A stretch of DNA of 64,000 nucleotides from Syntrophobacterales bacterium (lineage in GTDB: Bacteria > Desulfobacterota > Desulfobaccia > Desulfobaccales > 0-14-0-80-60-11), in assembly GCA_037388025.1 (NCBI GenBank), contig JARRKO010000001.1, positions 32,473 to 96,472 on the forward strand, read 5' to 3'. This document shows, in pieces, positions 21,941 through 28,216 of the stretch; position 1 is the stretch's first letter; each line of letters starts with the position of its first letter. A program made the translations under genes and the position numbers. Under the pieces are notes generated by a model, which did no database searches, was not told the DNA's origin, and was given only the letters and a program-made list of their open reading frames with translations.

Positions 21941-21975
21941 TTAGCAGTCAGCAGTTAGCAGTCAGCAGTCAGAAA
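21941..21975. repeat. Heptamer array (TTAGCAG TCAGCAG TTAGCAG TCAGCAG TCAGAAA)
   Basis: Five phased 7-mers starting 8 nt from the 5' end of tRNA-Ser(GGA). It is the inverted partner of 22067-22101. Confidence 0.9.
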
Positions 21976-22066
21976 TTATCCAAATAAACTTTCCTTTAAA
22001 ATTTGGCAATATTTATCCGACCAGGAGAAAATCGGCTAATTTTCTTAAAAATTTTACCTAAAAAAA

Positions 22067-22101
22067 CTGACTGCTAACTGCTGACAGCTGACTGCTCAAA
22101 A
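22067..22101. repeat. Heptamer array (CTGACTG CTAACTG CTGACAG CTGACTG CTCAAAA), inverse of 21941-21975
   Basis: Abuts the 3' end of tRNA-Ser(CGA). The two arms bracket a 91-bp very AT-rich core (21976-22066). Confidence 0.9.
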
Positions 22102-22195
22102 TGGCGGAGGGGGTGGGATTCGAACCCACGTGAGGGTGATTAGCCCCCAAGTCGATTTCGAGTCGACCCCGTTACGGCCTCTTCGGTACCCCTCC
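22102..22195 (-). tRNA. tRNA-Ser (anticodon CGA)
   Basis: Minus strand reads GGAGGGGTACCGAAG...GTCGA-CTCGAAA-TCGAC...long variable arm...GGTTCGAATCCC...CCCTCCGCCA. Confidence 0.93.
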
Positions 22196-22198
22196 GGT

Positions 22199-22233
22199 TT
22201 GAAGCTGTATGCTTTAAGTTATAAGCCTTAAGC
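22199..22233. repeat. Heptamer array (TTGAAGC TGTATGC TTTAAGT TATAAGC CTTAAGC)
   Basis: Five phased 7-mers immediately 5' of tRNA-Ser(CGA). Confidence 0.8.
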
Positions 22234-22248
22234 TTTTTTAAAAAATCT

Positions 22249-22269
22249 GTAGGGTGGGCACCGCCCACC
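22249..22269. repeat. GTAG-headed REP-like palindrome, copy 1 (possible tadA terminator)
   Basis: GTAG-GGTGGGC-ACC-GCCCACC lies 6 nt past the tadA stop. On the minus strand the hairpin is followed, 7 nt later, by TTTTTT. Confidence 0.75.
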
Positions 22270-22274
22270 GAAAT

Positions 22275-22739
22275 TTACTGCCTGGTTTTTCGCTTGGCCT
22301 GGAAAAATTGCTGCATCAGCTCCCGGCACTCGGCCTCCCGGACGCCGCCGGTTACTTCCAGCCGGTGGTTGAGCCGGGGGTCCTCGGGAATCCGGTAAAG
22401 GGACACGCACGCCCCGGCCTTGGGGTCCGGCGCGCCAAAAACCAGCCGCTGCACTCGAGCATATATCAAGGCCCCGGTGCACATGAGGCACGGTTCAATA
22501 GTAACATAGAGGGTAGTGCCGGGCAACCGGTAATTCCCCAGGATTTCAGCAGCCTGGCGCAAGACCAGGATCTCGGCATGGGCCGTGGGATCATTCAGCG
22601 AAATGGGAAAATTGTGGGCATGGGCCACCATCTTCCCCCCGTCTATGACCAACACCGCGCCCACCGGCACCTCACCCACACCCAGAGATAAACGGGCCTG
22701 GGCCAAGGCCTCCCCCATGTAATAATGGTCGTCGGTCAT
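22275..22739 (-). CDS. tadA: tRNA-specific adenosine deaminase
   Basis: Start re-picked at MTDDHYYMGEAL. Zinc motifs HAE and PCLMCTGA. Confidence 0.9.
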   Translation of the reverse strand: MTDDHYYMGEALAQARLSLGVGEVPVGAVLVIDGGKMVAHAHNFPISLNDPTAHAEILVLRQAAEILGNYRLPGTTLYVTIEPCLMCTGALIYARVQRLVFGAPDPKAGACVSLYRIPEDPRLNHRLEVTGGVREAECRELMQQFFQAKRKTRQ

Positions 22740-22766
22740 GGTTGGCTTCTGTTGAAAAGGATTTAC

Positions 22767-22846
22767 CACGGGCAGGAAGCCCGTGCTACCGGCTATAAGT
22801 AGGGGGCACAGGCTCTAAGCCTGTGCACACAGGCAAGATGCCTGTG
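22767..22846. repeat. Three tandem REP-like hairpins (CACGGGC-aggaa-GCCCGTG; GCACAGGC-tctaa-GCCTGTGC; CACAGGC-aagat-GCCTGTG)
   Basis: Direct reading. The stems are 7-8 bp with 5-nt loops. The middle copy is preceded by GTAG. Confidence 0.85.
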
Positions 22847-22852
22847 CTCCCG

Positions 22853-23281
22853 TTAAAGGGGGCTGGGAGGGAAGTTTGAAGGGAGGGTGGGTGAATCGCG
22901 TTCCCCCGGCCCTCTCCTCAAAATATCCAAGGCGTTTTTTTCATACCTCCCCAGCAGTTCCAGGGCCCGGTTTTCGTATTCCAGGAGGGCCCGGCCTCGA
23001 TCTCGCAGTTTTTCAGGAGGATTTAGGTCGAGAAGTTCTTGTACAGCCCCCCGCTGTTCTTCGTGTTTGGCGGCCAGCAGGCGGAGGCGCAGGACCAGGA
23101 GTTGCGTCAGGAGGGGGTCCTGGGCGAAGGGCAACCATGCCAGGGCTTGAGGAAAGTCTTCCTCCTCCAGGGCCGCTAAGGCCAGGTGGCGGTAGTAGCT
23201 GGCCGGGAGCATGCCGGTGTCGGCCAGGGTCACCGCCAAAAAACGACGACCCAGGGCCACCAGCACCCCTAAACCGATCAT
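22853..23281 (-). CDS. Hypothetical protein (N-terminal hydrophobic segment, helical)
   Basis: 142-aa ORF in native GC. Its start lies 2 nt from the upstream gene's stop. No family recognised. Confidence 0.4.
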   Translation of the reverse strand: MIGLGVLVALGRRFLAVTLADTGMLPASYYRHLALAALEEEDFPQALAWLPFAQDPLLTQLLVLRLRLLAAKHEEQRGAVQELLDLNPPEKLRDRGRALLEYENRALELLGRYEKNALDILRRGPGERDSPTLPSNFPPSPL

Positions 23282-23282
23282 G

Positions 23283-23606
23283 CTAAGCCTTCTGGGCCTG
23301 GATGCCTTCGTCCACGAGGTTCTGGAGAATCTCCCGAAGTTCCGGCAAATCTTCGGTCAATTCATTGATGCGCTGCTTTACCTGGCGGTAGTCGTTGTCA
23401 TCCCGGTCCTGGGTTTTGTCCAGGGTGTCCTGGAGCGCCTTGGTGAGGCGCCGGTCCAGGCGCATGAGACCGGCAACCGCGCCGGCAATTTCCAAAACTC
23501 CATGGGTGATATGATGGCCGGTAATTTCCTGGATGGTGATCTCGGTCACCAGACCAGCCAGGGCTCCCACCATGGCACCCGACACGGAAAGATTTTTATT
23601 GGCCAT
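23283..23606 (-). CDS. Hypothetical small protein (Gly/Ala-rich hydrophobic N-half, acidic coiled-coil C-half)
   Basis: 107-aa ORF, middle gene of a tight three-gene set. No family recognised. Confidence 0.4.
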   Translation of the reverse strand: MANKNLSVSGAMVGALAGLVTEITIQEITGHHITHGVLEIAGAVAGLMRLDRRLTKALQDTLDKTQDRDDNDYRQVKQRINELTEDLPELREILQNLVDEGIQAQKA

Positions 23607-23640
23607 ACTTTTTCCTCAGCAAAGAATCATCGCAGGGATA

Positions 23641-23949
23641 TTATGTAGAGGAAGAGCCGGGAAGCGCACTTTTTTGCTCGGCTTCTTCTTCTATCTTGCC
23701 CCGGACCAAGCCCTTGTCCTGGGCCAGTTTCTCGGCCAGGCGCTCGGCTTCCTGCATCATGCGGCTCACGCGGCGGTCTTTTTCGGCCAGGCGGCGCTTG
23801 AGTTCTCGGTTTTCCGCGGTCAGGCGCCCCATCTTGGACCGGCCCAGCCAGGTCTTTACCCGGCTCGCCAGCCAGACCAGCCCCAGCCCCAAAACGATAC
23901 CCGCGACCAGGCCGATAGCAAAGTCCAGAACATGAATTTCCATCATCAA
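23641..23949 (-). CDS. Membrane-anchored coiled-coil protein (YhcB/DUF1043-like architecture)
   Basis: 102-aa ORF with a single N-terminal TM (FAIGLVAGIVLGLGLVWLA) and a charged coiled coil. The call rests on architecture only. Confidence 0.4.
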   Translation of the reverse strand: MMMEIHVLDFAIGLVAGIVLGLGLVWLASRVKTWLGRSKMGRLTAENRELKRRLAEKDRRVSRMMQEAERLAEKLAQDKGLVRGKIEEEAEQKSALPGSSST

Positions 23950-24165
23950 CGAACAGGCTCCCAGGTGTTAAGGGTTAAAGAGGAGGAAGCTGTATAAGTA
24001 GTCCCCTTTTCACGAAAAAAAGAAAAAACTGTTTCCTTACCCCCAGTTTTATTACAATATTAGCACCTGTCGGCGTAATCGTCAACGTGCCCGGGCGGAG
24101 CCTCCCGGCCACCGTTCCCGGGTTCCAGGTTGCATGAATTTCACTTCCCAGAGGAGAGGCGATCT

Positions 24166-25458
24166 ATGAGCACCACCAAGGCCATGTACCGCACCATTTT
24201 GGCGGACCACTTTCCCCCGGAAATGACCATCACCTTCGGCGACCAGAAGCTCGTGTACCGCAAACGCACCTGGAAGATTACTGACCCGAAAAGCGGGGAA
24301 GTCATTGAAAGCGGCTTGCGCTATGGGGAGAACCCGGACCAGGAGGCGGCCCTCTATGAGTTGGTAGGAGGCAACCTCGCCCTGGCAGAGTGCCGGTTCA
24401 TCGAGCCGGGTTTGGGCTTGGTGAGCGCTTTGGATGAGGCCGGCATGCTCCAGGCCGGCAAGCACCCGGGCAAGATCAATCTGACGGACCTGGACAACGG
24501 CCTCAATATCATTAAATATTTAGATAAGAAACCGGCCTGCGTCATTCTCAAGCACAACAACCCCTGCGGTGCCGCCTGGGGTGACTCCCCGGCCGAGGCT
24601 TACGACAAGGCCAACATGGCCGACCGTATCGCGGCGTTCGGGGGGGCGGCGGTCTTCAACCGGCCCCTGGACAAAAGCGCGGCCGAAGTCATCAGCCAAA
24701 ACTACCTGGAGGTAGTGGCCGCGCCGGGGTATGAAGCAGGTTCCTTGGACATTTTGAAAAAATCCAAAGACTTGCGCATAATTAAAATCGCTCGCTTCGA
24801 CCGACTCAAAGAGCTGTTATACAAGCGGTTCGTGGACTTCAAATCCCTGGTGGACGGCGGCATCATCGTCCAGCAGTCGCCCCATAACGTTATTTTGAAG
24901 AAAGAGGACTTCAAGCCCGCGGTGGCGACTTATCAGGGGAAGGAATACCGCTGCGCCAGGGAGCCCTCCGACCGGGAGTATGACGACCTCCTGTTTGGTT
25001 GGTGGGTGGAGCAGGGGGTAACCTCCAACTCCATCCTGTTCGTCAAGGACGGCGTCACCATGGGCATCGGCACCGGGGAACAGGACCGGGTAGGGGTGGC
25101 GGAAATCGCCATTTTCAAAGCCTACACCAAATACGCCGACAAGCTGTGCTTCCAGCGCTTCGGCATGCCATATAAGGATTTAGAACTGCAAATTTTCCAG
25201 CGGGAACGAGAAACCGAGGACAAGGTGGAAATCGACAAGGAAACCGAGGCAGCCAAGGGCGGGCTCATCGGCGCGGTGATGATTTCGGACGCCTTCTTCC
25301 CCTTCCGGGACGGCGTGGACGTGGGCATCCGCCAGGGGGTCAGCGCCATCGCCCACGCGGGGGGCTCCATGCGGGATCACGAGTCCATCGAGGCCTGCAA
25401 CGAAGCCGATCCCCCCGTAGCCATGGTCTTCACCGGCCAACGCTGTTTTAAGCATTAA
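24166..25458 (+). CDS. AICAR formyltransferase-domain protein (PurH C-domain type, no MGS/IMPCH domain)
   Basis: Start re-picked at MSTTK after GAGGAGAGG. Motifs GLRYGENPDQEAALY, ILKHNNPCGAA, GIGTGEQDRV and SDAFFPFRDG are typical of the AICARFT half of PurH. Confidence 0.85.
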   Translation: MSTTKAMYRTILADHFPPEMTITFGDQKLVYRKRTWKITDPKSGEVIESGLRYGENPDQEAALYELVGGNLALAECRFIEPGLGLVSALDEAGMLQAGKHPGKINLTDLDNGLNIIKYLDKKPACVILKHNNPCGAAWGDSPAEAYDKANMADRIAAFGGAAVFNRPLDKSAAEVISQNYLEVVAAPGYEAGSLDILKKSKDLRIIKIARFDRLKELLYKRFVDFKSLVDGGIIVQQSPHNVILKKEDFKPAVATYQGKEYRCAREPSDREYDDLLFGWWVEQGVTSNSILFVKDGVTMGIGTGEQDRVGVAEIAIFKAYTKYADKLCFQRFGMPYKDLELQIFQRERETEDKVEIDKETEAAKGGLIGAVMISDAFFPFRDGVDVGIRQGVSAIAHAGGSMRDHESIEACNEADPPVAMVFTGQRCFKH

Positions 25459-25465
25459 GAGTGAA

Positions 25466-25510
25466 TGTGGGGGGAGGGCCAGGGAGCGCAACTCCCTGCC
25501 CTCCCCCACA
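25466..25510. repeat. G-rich ~45-nt palindrome (family G), copy 2
   Basis: TGTGGGGGGAGGGCCAGGGAG-cgcaa-CTCCCTGCCCTCCCCCACA. Confidence 0.85.
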
Positions 25511-25560
25511 AAAATTGACCTAACCCATGAGAAAACCATGACCATACGGACCCGGACAAG

Positions 25561-26739
25561 GTGGACCGTCTCAATCGGGGCGAGTCCTACATTAAGCACA
25601 TTCCCTCCAGCCGGGTGGCGGAGATGGTGGATCATCAAGGGGGCGTGCCCCGTTTTTCCGCCACCCGAGACATGACTCGCCTGGCGGAACCGGACGCTCT
25701 CCTCATCTGTGTGCCTACCCCCCTGACCCCTTCCCGGGAGCCTGACCTCAGGTATGTAGAAAAAACCACCCGGGACATTGCCGAGGTCCTGCGCTCCGGT
25801 CAACTGGTGTCCCTGGAGTCCACCACCTACCCGGGCACTACCGTAGAAGTGCTCCTGCCCCTGTTGAGCGAGAAATTAACGGTGGGTAAGGATTATTTCC
25901 TGGTCTTTTCCCCGGAGCGGGAAGATCCGGGAAACCCCAGCTTCCACGTGCAAAATATCCCCAAGGTGGTGGGAGGCATCACGCCCTCCTGCCTGGAAAA
26001 CGGAGTGGCCCTGTACAGCCAGATAGTGGACCGGGTGGTGCCGGTGTCGTCCACCCAGGCGGCGGAGATGACCAAACTCCTGGAGAATATTTACCGGGCC
26101 GTGAACATCGCCCTCATCAATGAGCTCAAAGTATTGTGTTTGCGCATGGGGCTGAACATTTTTGAAATCATTGAAGCTTCCAAAACCAAGCCCTTCGGCT
26201 TTCAGGCCTTTTACCCCGGGCCGGGGCTGGGGGGGCATTGCATTCCCATCGACCCGTTTTATCTTACCTGGAAGGCCCGCCAATATGACCTTTCCACTCG
26301 CTTCATCGAGCTGGCCGGCGAAGTTAACACGAATATGCCGTATTTTGTGGTGCAGCGGGTGGCCGAGGCCCTGAACGAACACGGCCAGGCCCTGAAGGGC
26401 GCCCGCATATTGGTATTAGGTGCAGCCTATAAAAAAGACGTGGACGATTCCAGGGAATCTCCGGGGCTCAAGATCATCTCCCTGCTGCAAAGCAAGGGTG
26501 CGGAGGTATGGTATCATGATCCCCACATTCCTCATCTGCGGGGCGGCCGGAATTTCCCTGACCTGGACCTAAAATCGGTGGACCTGACCGCGGAGAATCT
26601 ATCCAAGGCGGACTGCGTGCTGCTGGTGACCGATCACAGCGCGCTGGATTATGGCTGGATCGCGTCCCAGGCCCGGGTTATCGTGGATACGCGGAATGCT
26701 TTTGCGGGCCAGCAAGGCGTCCCCGTTTTCCTGGCCTGA
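25561..26739 (+). pseudogene. UDP-sugar (UDP-GlcNAc/ManNAc-type) 6-dehydrogenase lacking the N-terminal Rossmann GxGxxG segment
   Basis: The ORF opens at a GTG with DRLNRGESYIKHIP, a segment that lies about 35-40 aa into homologues. An in-frame TGA sits at 25528-25530. No GLGYVG is encoded in any frame of 25459-25560. The rest is intact (VPTP, GGHCIP). Confidence 0.6.
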
Positions 26740-26771
26740 AACGCCGGGGAGCCTCAATAAAGGAGAATCAC

Positions 26772-27086
26772 ATGGAAAAAATCAATGTGTACGAGGCCGG
26801 TGAATTTAGTGAACAGAGCTTTAAAAGACTCCTGGTCCACGATTCCCCCTTTATGAAGATCCTTAACTTCAATTTCAAGGCCGGGCAGGAGATGCCCATC
26901 CATAGCCATGACATCGAAGGAAAGGTAAGCATGATGATTCTGGAGGGCGAGGGGGAATTTCTCGGGGGCACCCAACCTGTGCGCGGCAAGAAAGGGGATA
27001 TCCTGGTGTGCGACATCGCCGAGCCCCACGGCCTCATGGCCATCACCGATCTGAGACTCCTGGTAACCATCGCCCCGCCTATTTGA
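26772..27086 (+). CDS. Cupin-domain protein
   Basis: 104-aa ORF with the cupin metal motif MPIHSHD...EGEGEF...GD. Confidence 0.7.
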   Translation: MEKINVYEAGEFSEQSFKRLLVHDSPFMKILNFNFKAGQEMPIHSHDIEGKVSMMILEGEGEFLGGTQPVRGKKGDILVCDIAEPHGLMAITDLRLLVTIAPPI

Positions 27087-27099
27087 GGTCGCACATCGA

Positions 27100-27144
27100 T
27101 TGAGGGAGGGGGTAGGGGCCGAGGGCCCCTACCCCCTCCCTCAA
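27100..27144. repeat. G-rich palindrome (family G), copy 3: perfect 21-bp stem
   Basis: TTGAGGGAGGGGGTAGGGGCC-gag-GGCCCCTACCCCCTCCCTCAA. Confidence 0.9.
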
Positions 27145-27160
27145 GATTCTCTTGAGAATC
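27140..27160. promoter_or_regulatory. Overlapping short palindromes directly upstream of the radical-SAM ATG (operator-like)
   Basis: CTCAAGA-ttc-TCTTGAG overlaps GATTCTC-tt-GAGAATC and ends 3 nt before ATG 27164. Confidence 0.3.
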
Positions 27161-27163
27161 ACC

Positions 27164-28036
27164 ATGCGCTACGAAGGTCCCATTTATCGGCCGCCCAGTG
27201 AGGCTCGCAGTCTGTTGGTCCAGGCCACGGTGGGCTGTCCTCACAATCGCTGCACGTTTTGTCTGGTATACAAAAACCTGCGGTTCAAGGTCAGGCCGGT
27301 AGAGGAGATCAAAGAAGATTTGGCGGAAGCTGCCCGCGTTCATGGGGACAGGGTCCGCACGCTGTTTTTCCCGGCGGGAAATACCATCGCCATGCCCACC
27401 GAAGATCTGGCGGATGTCTGCCGTCAGGCGCGCATCCTTTTCCCGAGTCTTGAGCGGATCACCGTGTACGGTTCCTCCCAGTTTATTGTGAAAAAGGGTC
27501 TTGAGGGACTGGGTCTCCTGGCCGAAGCGGGCCTGAGCCGCATTCATGTGGGGTGGGAAAGCGGTGATGATGAGATATTGGGCGCCATCAAAAAAGGCGC
27601 CACCCGGGCGGTGCATGCTGAGGCGGCGCGACTGCTCAAAGAAGCCGGGATTGAACTCAACGCCTATGTTATTCTCGGCATCGGCGGCCAGGAAGGCACC
27701 GTGGCCCACGCCCGGGAAACCGCGGCCCTGGTGAACGAAGCTCCTCCAGAGGTGCTCCGCCTGCGCACCTTTGTCCCCAAGGTTAACACCCCCTTGTTAG
27801 AGGAGGTGTTGGCCGGGCGCTTCCAAGTGCTAAGCCCCCACCAGGTGCTCACCGAGACAGTCGCGTTCTTGGAAGGCATTACCGCGCCCGTCCGGGTGGA
27901 GAGCGACCATTACACCAATTATCTGAATGTATCGGGGAACCTGCCGTCAGACCGGGGAAAAATGTTGGCGACCCTCAAAGAGGCGTTAACGCGACCGGAA
28001 TCTGATTTCCGGCCTTTTTTCATCGGCACGGAGTAA
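27164..28036 (+). CDS. Radical SAM enzyme, function unknown
   Basis: Contains PIYRPPSEARSLLVQATVGCPHNRCTFC. The cluster spacing as read is C-x4-C-x2-C. A TIM-barrel-like remainder follows. Confidence 0.78.
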   Translation: MRYEGPIYRPPSEARSLLVQATVGCPHNRCTFCLVYKNLRFKVRPVEEIKEDLAEAARVHGDRVRTLFFPAGNTIAMPTEDLADVCRQARILFPSLERITVYGSSQFIVKKGLEGLGLLAEAGLSRIHVGWESGDDEILGAIKKGATRAVHAEAARLLKEAGIELNAYVILGIGGQEGTVAHARETAALVNEAPPEVLRLRTFVPKVNTPLLEEVLAGRFQVLSPHQVLTETVAFLEGITAPVRVESDHYTNYLNVSGNLPSDRGKMLATLKEALTRPESDFRPFFIGTE

Positions 28037-28051
28037 TATTTCCAGTTTTTC

Positions 28052-28078
28052 TCCCTTCATACTCTCTTCCCTTCATAC
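28052..28078. repeat. Direct 11-mer repeat TCCCTTCATAC x2 (16-nt period)
   Basis: Direct reading, in the convergent spacer after the radical SAM gene. Confidence 0.7.
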
Positions 28079-28112
28079 CTTGGCCAAGATAACAGAAATC
28101 CTCCTAGTTCCT

Positions 28113-28133
28113 GCACAGGCTGGAAGCCTGTGC
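28113..28133. repeat. REP-like hairpin GCACAGGC-tggaa-GCCTGTGC
   Basis: Same stem as the copies at 22806 and 22828. It is followed by TCCC, as at 22847. Confidence 0.85.
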
Positions 28134-28166
28134 TCCCGCGCAATGATAGGGGGTCGAGGGAGTGGG

Positions 28167-28214
28167 TTTGAGAGAGGGGGTAGGGGTTCGCGACCACTGG
28201 CCCCCTCTCCCAAA
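28167..28214. repeat. G-rich palindrome (family G), copy 4 (decayed centre)
   Basis: TTTGAGAGAGGGGG-TAGGGGTTCGCGACCACTGG-CCCCCTCTCCCAAA. The left arm is about 85 % identical to copy 3. Confidence 0.75.
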
Positions 28215-28216
28215 AT

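Noticed and set aside
21718-22101. Considered the heptamer arrays as a degenerate CRISPR or other spacer-repeat array.
   Set aside because: The units are 7 nt and contiguous, with no unique spacers. No cas genes or leader are present. The arrays are scattered singly across many spacers.
21715-22275. Looked for SRP (4.5S) RNA in the tadA-dnaX interval, by analogy with Bacillus synteny.
   Set aside because: No GGAAGGAAGCAGC-type domain IV motif is present. The interval is fully accounted for by two tRNAs and repeats.
23950-24165. Looked for a ZTP (pfl) riboswitch upstream of the AICAR formyltransferase gene.
   Set aside because: The conserved GGGTCGTGAC...CCGCCTGGGC elements are absent. Only a generic CCGGG...CCCGG hairpin is present.
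25180-27709. Minus-strand ORFs 25180-25803 (207 aa) and 26768-27709 (313 aa).
   Set aside because: They are antisense shadows of the AICARFT, dehydrogenase, cupin and radical SAM genes, cross intergenic palindromes and carry no motifs.
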